From contig CAYNID010000001.1 in the NCBI GenBank assembly GCA_964397425.1, positions 205,085-269,084 of the forward strand: a stretch of 64,000 bases of DNA, read 5' to 3'. The notes beneath the pieces are model-generated. The model was not told the origin of the DNA. It saw only the letters and a list, made by a program, of their open reading frames with translations, and did not search any database. Shown piece after piece: positions 38,601 to 46,845 of the stretch. The position numbers and the translations under genes are program-made. Origin of the DNA: an uncultured Fibrobacter sp. (GTDB lineage Bacteria > Fibrobacterota > Fibrobacteria > Fibrobacterales > Fibrobacteraceae). Within the stretch, counting starts at the first letter, position 1. Each line of letters opens with the position of its first letter.

Positions 38601-39500
38601 AGTTTGGTCATGGCGGGGGCTTTTGACAAAATGTCTTCGACGACTCCGAATCGCCCCACTTTGATGGCCAGCGTTGAAAAGGCCCTCGATGTCGCTAACC
38701 GTCACCGCATGGAAAAGGATGCGTGTCAGACGTTCCTTTTCGACACGTTGGAAAACGATGATACTTCGCATCGGATGGAAGAAACGTATGAAGAAGCCCA
38801 ACCGTGGGGGCTTTTGGAATTGTTGAATAAAGAGCGTGATGTCTTGGGACTTTATCTTTCGGCGCATCCGTTAGATGAATGCCGTCCGGAATTGCGGGGG
38901 TTCACCACGAACAGTTTGGCGGAAAGTGAATTGAACGATATCATGGCGAAAAACGCAAAGTCGATTGTCTGTGTCGGCGGAATCATCACCAAGCTCCGTT
39001 CGTTCCAAAGCAAAAAAGACGAAACGAAAACGATGGGCTCCGGAATTTTGCAGGATTTCCAAGGGGAAATTTCTGTATTTTTCCCGCCGGATTCATGGGA
39101 AGCTTGCCGCGACCGTTTTGGAGAAGATGACCGTGTGATTGTCCGGGGAAAACTCACCACGCAAAATCAGGACCCGTCGGCCTTGCAAATCATCGTGGAT
39201 CGGGCGTTTTCAATTGATGAAGTCCGCACAAAGATGATCAATTTCATTCATGTGGGAATTTCTTCGATGGAATTGCTCAAAGAGCGGATGGATAAAATTC
39301 TCGACAGAATGGAAATGGCAAAAGCCCTTCCGGGAGAACATCCGGCAGAAATCGTATTTCACGTGGAAACTCTTTCGGGCCATGTTCATTTGCTCCGTTC
39401 CCAAGTTTTCAAAGTCGCTTACATGCCGGACTTTTTTGAATGGCTGCAACGGGAATTTGGTGCGGCGAACGTTTGGGTTTCAGCAAAGAACAAAGGCTGA
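35673..39500 (+). CDS. dnaE: DNA polymerase III alpha subunit
   Basis: PHP motifs FVHL..HS.FS, ALTDHG; GPGRGSAAGS, FERFLNPER.SMPDID.D, K.DFLG, YAFNKSHAAAY. SD AAGGAG precedes 35673. Confidence 0.97.
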   Translation: MENKMNQESFVHLQLHSEFSVLQSAARLDDIFEAAAADNAPAVALTDHGTMFGILEFQERGKSFNKKRKEKGLPPIKTLLGCHIYMDTAGANFKEPSTYERLTLLVENETGYYNLLRIVSYRYEESGRWEEIPSVPLSVVKEHSEGLIAIAGDFFSRYGANVTAGRDALGKAYIESLDKIFDHDHFYLSIADNGIAAQKSLNLFTISLAKELGRELVAVGDVHYIHREDRNAHKALRCISLVEKYKEFDDKRFPTDQFYFRTYAEMRELFPEHPEAIENTVKIAERCHFEVKTGIGDDFWPRYAIPKDFLESEECKEIYRVMEDEFNKAYPEAFANAAKEYCKKNAGKTEETLTDEDRQAIEKIMERNKTSRHGSDADAYLIHLTNERLQQRYPEEQFKYPQHGTEVSDRIYKELNCIRNMNVAGYLLIVWDFINWAREHGIPVGPGRGSAAGSIVTYIVGITNIDPLKFGLLFERFLNPERVSMPDIDTDIADRDRGRVIDYVTRKYGADCVGQIITYGMLKSKAVIKDVARVLGIDHREAESIIKLFPRRLLDFSLNDAWTGKSKGKPIADYNPDDLQKLINSRETYRELWDIAQKLEDLPRQTGVHACGVVITPTPIYNLAPLYRAAPADSPVVMYDKHYSETIGLLKMDFLGLINLSIIQDTVNLVKKIRRIELDMDKIPTDDKETFELLSRGMTTAVFQFESPGMQKYLRELKPSRISDLIAMNALYRPGPIEQIPHFIARKIGKEPIDCYHEDLDSVLGETYGVIVYQEQVMQLAQILGGYTLGGADNIRRIMAKKMPDKMAKLEPEFFEKCLSKGYDKAMIQKVWNAVLPFCGYAFNKSHAAAYAYVAYQTAYLKTHFGPEYMAASMTSKMGKTEDIVTIIQECKRMGIEVLPPDINVSLGTFSANEKGQIVYGLAGIRNVGTFVCEDLVAEREAHGPYKTLFDFCNRIADYQASKTEKRAPLNRKTLESLVMAGAFDKMSSTTPNRPTLMASVEKALDVANRHRMEKDACQTFLFDTLENDDTSHRMEETYEEAQPWGLLELLNKERDVLGLYLSAHPLDECRPELRGFTTNSLAESELNDIMAKNAKSIVCVGGIITKLRSFQSKKDETKTMGSGILQDFQGEISVFFPPDSWEACRDRFGEDDRVIVRGKLTTQNQDPSALQIIVDRAFSIDEVRTKMINFIHVGISSMELLKERMDKILDRMEMAKALPGEHPAEIVFHVETLSGHVHLLRSQVFKVAYMPDFFEWLQREFGAANVWVSAKNKG

Positions 39501-39508
39501 CTTTTCAA

Positions 39509-40552
39509 ATGCGTCCGTTCATCCTCTTTTGCGCAGGAGAAGATTCCGGAGATATTTTGGGAGAAGAATTTGTCCGGAATTTTTGCAAAGAGTTTGACAC
39601 GGTGGGAGTTGGAGGACCTCGGATGCAAAAAGCGGGACTGGTTTCTGTTGTCCCGTTTGACGATTTGCCAGTAAACGGCTTTGGCGACGTGTTCAAGCAT
39701 TCTTTCCGTCTGTCGCGGCATTTGAAAAAATTGGAAAGTCTTTTGCAAAATGAAAATTGCAAAGGACTTGTCGCTGTGGATTATCCGGGGTACAATTTGA
39801 AGCTGATGCGGAGGGCTTTGGATTTGGGCAAACGGGTTGTTTACGTGGAACCGCCGCAAATTTGGGCCTGGAAACCGCACCGGGTGAAATATTTTCTTTC
39901 GCCACGGGCAAAAAAAACGGTGCAGCTTTATTCCTGTTACGATGTGGAAATAGAAGCGTACAAAAAGTACGGAATTTCTGTGCAAAAACTGGAACACCCG
40001 TTTGAAAAGTTCAAATGCGGACAACTTGTTGACGAAAAAAAAGTTTCGGGAACCGTATTGCTGTATCCAGGCAGTCGGGAATCTCAAATGAAACGCAATT
40101 TTTTTCTGTATCGGGAAATTGCGTATAAATTAAAACAAAAAAAAGTCGATGTACGATTTGTCGCTTCGCGAAAAACGATTCAGTCTTTTTTAAATGAAAA
40201 ATTTTGCGGAGAATTTCCGGTCCAGCTTTCTCCACAGACTGCCGAAGAAAGGTTTTCTCTGATGCGCACGGCGGCGTGCATTGTCTGCGGACCGGGAAGT
40301 GTGACTGCCGAAGCGCATTTGGCGAACACGCCGTGTGTCGCCGCATCGCGCATAGAGCCGTTGACGTATTTTTTGGGGAAGGCGTTTCTCCGTACCCGGT
40401 ATCTTTGTATGCCGAATATCGAAGCGGATTTTTGTGGACAAAAACCGTTGATTCCGGAACTTGTGAAAGTTTCTTTTTCAAATTTGGAACTTCATGCTGG
40501 GCAAGTTTTGACGGAAGTCGAAAAATTCATATCTTTCAAAATATGTTTTTGA
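39509..40552 (+). CDS. lpxB: Lipid-A-disaccharide synthase (divergent)
   Basis: AGE.SGD.LG, GVGG..M, D.PG.N, YV.P..WAW, HP, PGSR. Confidence 0.85.
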   Translation: MRPFILFCAGEDSGDILGEEFVRNFCKEFDTVGVGGPRMQKAGLVSVVPFDDLPVNGFGDVFKHSFRLSRHLKKLESLLQNENCKGLVAVDYPGYNLKLMRRALDLGKRVVYVEPPQIWAWKPHRVKYFLSPRAKKTVQLYSCYDVEIEAYKKYGISVQKLEHPFEKFKCGQLVDEKKVSGTVLLYPGSRESQMKRNFFLYREIAYKLKQKKVDVRFVASRKTIQSFLNEKFCGEFPVQLSPQTAEERFSLMRTAACIVCGPGSVTAEAHLANTPCVAASRIEPLTYFLGKAFLRTRYLCMPNIEADFCGQKPLIPELVKVSFSNLELHAGQVLTEVEKFISFKICF

Positions 40553-41613
40553 CCATTTTTGCCATTATTTTTTGCCTTGCGTGTTCGGCGTATTGCTCTT
40601 TTACCGAAGCGGCATTTTACAGTTTTCCCGCTTCTGAAATTGAAATTTTGAAAAAACGGGGAGCATTCACGGCGCGGTATATTGAACATGTGAAAAACAA
40701 CATCGACCGTTATATAGCTTCGGTCCTGATTTTCAACACGCTGTCGAATACGTTGGGCGTTTCCCTGGGAACTTCTTTGGTGATTGCGCATTGCGGAACA
40801 ACGGGACAGGTCGTGTTTCCGATTCTTTTGTCTGTCGCCATTCTTTTGTTTGGTGAAATTACACCCAAAACCATCGGAGTCAAAAAAGCGCGTCAAGTTG
40901 GGGCGATTTGCGCGGTTCCCATGTATTACATCACCATTTTATTCTCGTGGACGGGACTTATCCAGCTGTGCTTGGCGATTACCAAGAAATGGACGAAAAG
41001 CGATGAAGAAGCTCCGGAAGTCAGCGTAGAAGACATTAACAGTTTGGTGAATATCGGCCTCCGCGATGAAGTTCTGGATCGCCAACAGGCGGTGGTCATT
41101 AAAAATATTCTGGCGGCAAAATCTATTCCGGTCCGCAAGGTGATGACTCCCCGTCAAGTCGTATTCGCTCTGCCCGAAGACAGCACGATTGGCCGTGAAC
41201 TCGAAAAAAATCCGAATTGGCCCTTTTCCCGCATACCCGTCTATGCGGCAGATGACCGGGAAAAATGGGTGGGAATCATTTTGCGCCGTGATGTTTACAA
41301 TCTTGTCGCCGAAGGAAAACGCGATATTCCCATCAAAAAATTGATGCGGCCCATCCAGTTTATTCCAGACAGTCTTCCGCTGGATAAATTGCTCATCCGG
41401 TTTTTGAAACAGCGCGGCCATATTGTCGCCGTTGTCGATGAATACGGTTCTATTGCCGGATTGGTCTCGTTGGAAGATGTTTTGGAAGAAATTTTGGGGC
41501 GTGAAATCGTCGATGAATTTGACGTGGCAGTGGATTTGCAGGAACACGCGCGAAGGAAAAGTCGGGCGTTGGCATTTGTTCGTGAACACAAAAGGGAAAA
41601 TCGACGCGTATGA
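40543..41613 (+). CDS. CNNM/CorC hemolysin-like protein (DUF21 + CBS pair)
   Basis: CS..EAA, L.FGEI.PKT, VMTPR, FSRIPVY, VVDEYG...G.VSLED.LEEI.G.EI.DE.D. Confidence 0.92.
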   Translation: MFLTIFAIIFCLACSAYCSFTEAAFYSFPASEIEILKKRGAFTARYIEHVKNNIDRYIASVLIFNTLSNTLGVSLGTSLVIAHCGTTGQVVFPILLSVAILLFGEITPKTIGVKKARQVGAICAVPMYYITILFSWTGLIQLCLAITKKWTKSDEEAPEVSVEDINSLVNIGLRDEVLDRQQAVVIKNILAAKSIPVRKVMTPRQVVFALPEDSTIGRELEKNPNWPFSRIPVYAADDREKWVGIILRRDVYNLVAEGKRDIPIKKLMRPIQFIPDSLPLDKLLIRFLKQRGHIVAVVDEYGSIAGLVSLEDVLEEILGREIVDEFDVAVDLQEHARRKSRALAFVREHKRENRRV

Positions 41614-42446
41614 TGTTTGAAATTGCACCGCATAGATTGCACATCGAATTTCGCTCCCAACAGGCGCAGCCTTCTGATTTTGTTGTTTACGCACAAAGGA
41701 ATCTTGTCCTTTTGAAAAAAGAAAACGGTGAATTCCGGATTCCAAACGTGTCCGATGCGGAAAAAGTTTCTCCGGGCATTTCCGCCGAATTGCATTACCT
41801 TTTTTCCATTGACAAGACGGCGTTCTTTTCTGCTGAAGAGAATTTTGCAGCGGACATTCCGGATTTTGAATTGGTCAAGGATCGATTTTTCCGCAATATG
41901 CCCGACTTGCCTTTTGCTTTTGGCGGCGCTCTTGCGGCGCACATTGCCCGTTGGGAAAGTTCCAATCGTTTTTGTGGACATTGCGGAAATCCGATGCAGC
42001 GAAAAATCGATGAACGGGCTTTTGTGTGCGAAAAATGCGGCAATACGGTCTATGGAAAAATTTGCCCGGTGGTCATTGTCGCTGTCACATGGAACGAGTG
42101 CCTGTTGATGGCGCGCAATTTGAACAATCCGGATCCGAAGCCGTACCTGATTTCTGGATTTGTCGAAATGGGCGAAAGCCTTGAACAAGCCGTAGAGCGG
42201 GAAGTCAAGGAAGAAACGGGAATTTCTGTCAAAAGCATTCGTTACGTCGGCAGTGAACCCTGGCCTTTTTCAAATTCCCTCATCGCCGGATTTACGGCAA
42301 AGCTGGACGGCTCCCCGGAAATTACGGTTCAAAAATCCGAACTCTCTTATGCCAAATGGGTAAAACGCGAAGACATTGGCGAATATACGGGACGGCTGAG
42401 CATTTCTGGTACAATGATAAAACGGTTTAAGGAAGGCTCTCTTTGA
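41610..42446 (+). CDS. nudC: NAD(+) diphosphatase NudC
   Basis: Zn ribbon FCG.CG..C..CG, Nudix box GFVE.GE.LE..V.REV.EE.G, S.PWPF. Confidence 0.92.
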   Translation: MMFEIAPHRLHIEFRSQQAQPSDFVVYAQRNLVLLKKENGEFRIPNVSDAEKVSPGISAELHYLFSIDKTAFFSAEENFAADIPDFELVKDRFFRNMPDLPFAFGGALAAHIARWESSNRFCGHCGNPMQRKIDERAFVCEKCGNTVYGKICPVVIVAVTWNECLLMARNLNNPDPKPYLISGFVEMGESLEQAVEREVKEETGISVKSIRYVGSEPWPFSNSLIAGFTAKLDGSPEITVQKSELSYAKWVKREDIGEYTGRLSISGTMIKRFKEGSL

Positions 42447-42453
42447 GGTTCGG

Positions 42454-43368
42454 ATGATAGATTTCATCGGAGACATTCACGGTCATCGCGAACGCTTGGA
42501 AGCCCTTTTGAAAAAACTGGGTTATGTCCAAAAGAATGGCGTTTACCGCCATCCGGAAAATACGGTTGTCTTTTTGGGAGATTACATTGACCGCGGACCA
42601 GATGTTTTGGGCACCATTCGAATTGTCCGGAAAATGGTTGAATGCGGTTCTGCCACGGCAATTCTGGGAAATCATGAATTGAACGCTTTGTTCTTTTGGG
42701 AAAAATCGCCTCAAGGCGGTTATCTCCGCGAGCATTCGATCAATAAAATTCTCATCCACGCGAAGACGCTTGAATCCTTTCGGCATCATCAAGAAGAATT
42801 TTTTGAAACGCTGGAATGGTTCTGTTCGCTGCCATTGTTTTTGGAAACGGAAAATTTCCGTGCGCAGCACGCCTGTTTTGACACAGAAAACATGCGCATG
42901 CTCCGAAGCGAAGGATTGGAAAAAATCGGTTCAAGGGAAAATCTTTTTCGCATTTGGAAAAATGAACGCCTCTTCCGAGCCATAAAAGAAACGGTTCAGG
43001 GACCAGAAGTCAAATTGCCGGCGGGAACGTGTTTTTTTGACAGTGAAAATGTTCGCCGCACACGGGCGAGAATCAAATGGTGGGTCGATCCGAAAGGGAA
43101 AAATCTGCGGGATTTGTCGTTTCAGCCCGGGGCGGAGATCCCGGCGCAGCCGCTCCCTTCCGAAGTTCAAAATCGACATTATTACGGGGAACAGGAACGT
43201 CCCGTTTTTTTTGGACATTATTGGTTAGAAGGAATTCCGAGACTTTTCCGTTCGAATATTTGCTGTTTGGATTACAGTGTCGCCTCTTGTCGGGGAACGG
43301 GCTGCTTGGCCGCTTACCGGTTTGATGGCGAAAAAAAACTGGATGAAAAAAAATTTTTCTTTGTGTAG
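42454..43368 (+). CDS. Calcineurin-like metallophosphoesterase (ApaH/PrpE-like)
   Basis: GDIHG, FLGDYIDRG, GNHE, HA, FFGHYW, CLDYS. Confidence 0.88.
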   Translation: MIDFIGDIHGHRERLEALLKKLGYVQKNGVYRHPENTVVFLGDYIDRGPDVLGTIRIVRKMVECGSATAILGNHELNALFFWEKSPQGGYLREHSINKILIHAKTLESFRHHQEEFFETLEWFCSLPLFLETENFRAQHACFDTENMRMLRSEGLEKIGSRENLFRIWKNERLFRAIKETVQGPEVKLPAGTCFFDSENVRRTRARIKWWVDPKGKNLRDLSFQPGAEIPAQPLPSEVQNRHYYGEQERPVFFGHYWLEGIPRLFRSNICCLDYSVASCRGTGCLAAYRFDGEKKLDEKKFFFV

Positions 43369-43386
43369 AAAGATTATATTAAAAAT

Positions 43387-45429
43387 ATGGCAAAATCAAA
43401 AATTTTCTGTGTAACCGTATCCGTTGCGGTGTTTTCTGCTGGAGCGGCTTCTTTTCACATCAATCAAGTCGGCTATGATCTTGGAAAACCGGTTCATGTT
43501 GTCGTCCAAAGTACCGAAAATTTGCAAGGAAGCTCTTACTCTTTGTTGCAAAATGGAGCCTTGAAATCAACGGGGATTTTGGGCGCTGGAGAAAATCCGG
43601 ATGGCTGGCTTTCGTCGGGAAATTTTTATTCCATCCAATTGGGGAATTCGTTGCCAGCGGGAAATTACACGTTGAAATTGTTGGACGGTTCGACTTCCGA
43701 TGAGTTTTCCGTCGAAAGCAATGCGCTTGCTTCGCAGACACTGGCGTCTGTTTTGAATTATTTTCAAGAGGACCGCGCCGACGATTCGCAAATTTTATCG
43801 TGGGATGCCTCAGTTTCGGTTTTTGGGTCTTCGGGAGTTTCCCGAGATGTACGCGGCGGCTGGTATGATGCCAGCGGCGATGTGAGCAAATACCTTTCTC
43901 ACCTTTCTTATGCGAATTACCTCAATCCGCAGCAAATTCCGATGACCGTTTGGGCGTTGATCTTTACGGCGGAACATATCCCCACAACACTTTCAACTAT
44001 TTCTTCCAAAACGGATCCGGAATCAGAAGCGTTATACGGCGCAGATTTTCTGTTGCGGATGCTCAGTGAAGATGGCTTTTTTTACATGACCGTTTTTGAC
44101 AACTGGGGAAGTGGCTCTCGTTACCTCTGCGCTTTTTCCGGGCAAGATGGTGAAAAAAGTGCTGATTACCAGGCGGCTTTCCGGGAAGGTGGCGGCATGG
44201 CGATTGCCGCGTTGGCCAAAGCTTCTACGTTAAAAAAGAATGGCGAATCAACGAGTGCGCAATATCTGGCGGGAGCGCAACGCGCATTTGAACATTTGCA
44301 AGGACAGCAAACGATCGGAAGTATTTGCGCTTATTGTGATGATAAAAAGGAAAATATCATTGATGATTATACCGCATTGCTCGCGGCGACGGAGCTTTTC
44401 GCCGCGTCCGGAGAAGAAACTTATTTGAATGCGGCCCGTGCCCGTGCGGAACATTTGGCTGGACGCCTGGCCGATGACGGTTACTTCTGGAGCGATAACG
44501 AAAAAACGCGCCCCTTTTGGCATGCAAGTGATGCCGGATTGCCGTTGATAGCCCTTGTCCGCTACTTGGAAGAGGAAGCGAAGCGGGGTACATCAGAAAG
44601 TGCGCTTGTGATGCAAGTGACTCAGGCGGCGAAAAAACATTTGAATTGGCTTTTGACTGTCACCGAAGAAGTGGCAAATCCTTTTGGATATGCCCGGCAA
44701 ACGTATAAAACGCAAAATAAGATTAAAAATGGATTTTTTATTCCGCATGACAACGAAAGCGGCTATTGGTGGCAGGGAGAAAGCGCCCGGATTGCCAGTT
44801 TATCGGCTGCGGCGATGTACGCGGCGAAAGTGTTGGGCGCGGAAAATGAAACGGTTCAAAAATATGCGCAAAACCAGCTGGATTGGATTCTGGGAAAAAA
44901 TCCCTACAGCGTATGCATGATGCAGGGCAAGGGAAAGAAAAATCCTCCGAAATATTCGGGTCAGTCGTCTTATGCGCACACGTTGAATGGCGGTATCGCG
45001 AATGGCATTTCAGGGGTGAACACGGATGGCAGCGGTATTGTTTGGAATGATCCGTCCGCGGCGGGATTCGTTGAATCCTGGCAAAATTGGCGTTGGATTG
45101 AACAGTGGCTTCCCCATGCGACCTGGTATTTGATGGCCGTTGCCGCCCGTTATGATGAAGTGACCCAAGCGTTAAATTCAGGAACATCCATTTCGCAAAC
45201 GCAAAAGGTTCGCCATTTTTCCGTACAATTCCAGAATCGGAATTTGACTGTGAATCTTCGACAAAATGCAACAGGGAAATTGGTATCCCTTGTAAAATTA
45301 AATGGGCAAAAAGTATTGGAAAAACGCTTGGATGCGGCAGTGACGGAAATCAACTTGGAACGGATTCCACAAGGCGTTTACTTTGTACATGTGACAGGAT
45401 TGGAAACGTACAAAATTCAAATTCAATAG
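43387..45429 (+). CDS. Glycoside hydrolase family 9 with T9SS-type C-terminal domain
   Basis: Signal peptide, NQVGY Ig-like start, GGWYDASGD, DWILG.NP, EQWLPH. C-terminus GVYFV...KIQIQ. Confidence 0.9.
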   Translation: MAKSKIFCVTVSVAVFSAGAASFHINQVGYDLGKPVHVVVQSTENLQGSSYSLLQNGALKSTGILGAGENPDGWLSSGNFYSIQLGNSLPAGNYTLKLLDGSTSDEFSVESNALASQTLASVLNYFQEDRADDSQILSWDASVSVFGSSGVSRDVRGGWYDASGDVSKYLSHLSYANYLNPQQIPMTVWALIFTAEHIPTTLSTISSKTDPESEALYGADFLLRMLSEDGFFYMTVFDNWGSGSRYLCAFSGQDGEKSADYQAAFREGGGMAIAALAKASTLKKNGESTSAQYLAGAQRAFEHLQGQQTIGSICAYCDDKKENIIDDYTALLAATELFAASGEETYLNAARARAEHLAGRLADDGYFWSDNEKTRPFWHASDAGLPLIALVRYLEEEAKRGTSESALVMQVTQAAKKHLNWLLTVTEEVANPFGYARQTYKTQNKIKNGFFIPHDNESGYWWQGESARIASLSAAAMYAAKVLGAENETVQKYAQNQLDWILGKNPYSVCMMQGKGKKNPPKYSGQSSYAHTLNGGIANGISGVNTDGSGIVWNDPSAAGFVESWQNWRWIEQWLPHATWYLMAVAARYDEVTQALNSGTSISQTQKVRHFSVQFQNRNLTVNLRQNATGKLVSLVKLNGQKVLEKRLDAAVTEINLERIPQGVYFVHVTGLETYKIQIQ

Positions 45430-45435
45430 CAAACA

Positions 45436-45471
45436 GAAAACACAGGCTCGCCGAAGCGAACCTGTGTTTTT
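45436..45471. terminator. Bidirectional intrinsic terminator
   Basis: AAAACACAGG-CTCGC-CGAA-GCGAA-CCTGTGTTTT between convergent genes. Confidence 0.75.
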
Positions 45472-45484
45472 CCAGGAGAAAAAT

Positions 45485-46486
45485 TTAACATTGGATGCGT
45501 AAAACGATTTTAGAAACGCCTCCGTATTCATCGGCATCTTTTTTCAAACGGGCAAGAGAGGCCTTATAAGAAAATTTTTTGGGAAAGGATTTCCGCAAAA
45601 TGAAAGCTCCTGTGGCGCGCAAGTAGCCGGCTTTACTCTTTCCTCCGTTGCCGAAAAATTTGGCGGAGACGTTTTCAATGGAAACGCCGATGGCATTCGG
45701 ATCGTGAGAATTGTAAGGTTCTGCCTGGACAGAAACGGACAAATTAGAAAAGAATTGTGATTTTTTCCGTTGGACGGCGTTCAAGCCTTCGATGAAATCC
45801 TTTTCGATGGAATTTTTCAAATGAAGGTCGAAATTGTCGATGTCGTCACTCCAGCCGTGAAAATGGCTCCCGACGATTCCAATGGTGAAGTTGCTATTCG
45901 GATGGGATTCGAAATAGCGGATAAACATTTGGTTTGGCGTTTCCGATTCCGGATTCGGTTTCAGTTCCTTTTCTGCTGCGGCAAGAAGCAATTCGGCGAC
46001 GGAGTCGGATTGGGGATGATGCCTGCCCGAGGCGTACATTTGAAGAAATTCTTCGTCATTGAAAAATCTTCCGTGAATCCAGGCGAAAAGCGCCAAAGGC
46101 GCGATGGGTTTGACGATGTGAATCGTCAATGGTAAAAACGGGAAAAAAGTTTTTCTTCGCCGGTTCAAAAGTTCGGCGACAAGGAGACCGTCATTTTCTT
46201 CAACGGCCAGCAGAACGGGACCGATATGGGTGATGTAAGCGAACAAATTCGCATCTTCAAATGGGGACGGGTCTTTGTAAAAAATTTCGATGTTGGCTTT
46301 CAAAGCCGGCGGAAGATAAGTGTATTTTGCCGGAGAAAAATAAGGGCTGCTTTCCAATTTTTCGCAATCGGAAATATTTGCTTTTTTTACTTTCCCTGCA
46401 AAATCCAACGTGCCCGATGCACTGAAGGTAAAATCGTATGTGTCCGAACGATTTCCTCTGGAAATATGAATATAAATATGTTCCAT
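45485..46486 (-). CDS. Protein with C-terminal HIRAN domain
   Basis: IVG..F, EP.N..D.NAI.V and GYL motifs. N-terminal ~190 aa unrecognised. Confidence 0.75.
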   Translation of the reverse strand: MEHIYIHISRGNRSDTYDFTFSASGTLDFAGKVKKANISDCEKLESSPYFSPAKYTYLPPALKANIEIFYKDPSPFEDANLFAYITHIGPVLLAVEENDGLLVAELLNRRRKTFFPFLPLTIHIVKPIAPLALFAWIHGRFFNDEEFLQMYASGRHHPQSDSVAELLLAAAEKELKPNPESETPNQMFIRYFESHPNSNFTIGIVGSHFHGWSDDIDNFDLHLKNSIEKDFIEGLNAVQRKKSQFFSNLSVSVQAEPYNSHDPNAIGVSIENVSAKFFGNGGKSKAGYLRATGAFILRKSFPKKFSYKASLARLKKDADEYGGVSKIVLRIQC

Positions 46487-46590
46487 TTTTGGCTCCTTTG
46501 GATTGAAAATCCGTTTGTTGCAAAAATAGGATTCGACTTTGACAGATTTTGTCGTAACTTAAAATGCTCCGGAACCATTCTCTTCGCCGC

Positions 46591-46788
46591 CAATTACGGA
46601 CAAATTTCCCTTCAGCGAAAACGGCATCATCTGCGCCGCCTAAACCGTGCAAAATTCAAAATCAGCCGAAAAGGCTTTCCGTGCGAATCCCATCAAAAAG
46701 AGCGTCCTCGTCTCAGCCCACAATTTCTCACTCCTCATTTCTAATTACTATTCCCTAATGATGCATTCCTAATTTCTCACATCTCATG
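46591..46788 (-). repeat. Dispersed intergenic element copy 3 (10 heptamers in register)
   Basis: Heptamer phase is kept over 46719-46788. The 27-nt GCCGTTTTCGCTGAAGGGAAATTTGTC is identical to copy 5. Confidence 0.85.
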
Positions 46789-46845
46789 TCCAATTTTCAA
46801 GGTCCGTGCAAACCGAATGATTCGGACTTTGCTAAATTCTTTTTG

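Noticed and set aside
46564-46758. Short ORFs crossing repeat copies (also 1104-1472 and 1212-1403) as a peptide family
   Set aside because: Their similarity (e.g. AKT, KRL.V, SQP) follows from the DNA repeat. Indels shift frames between copies and no start is conserved.
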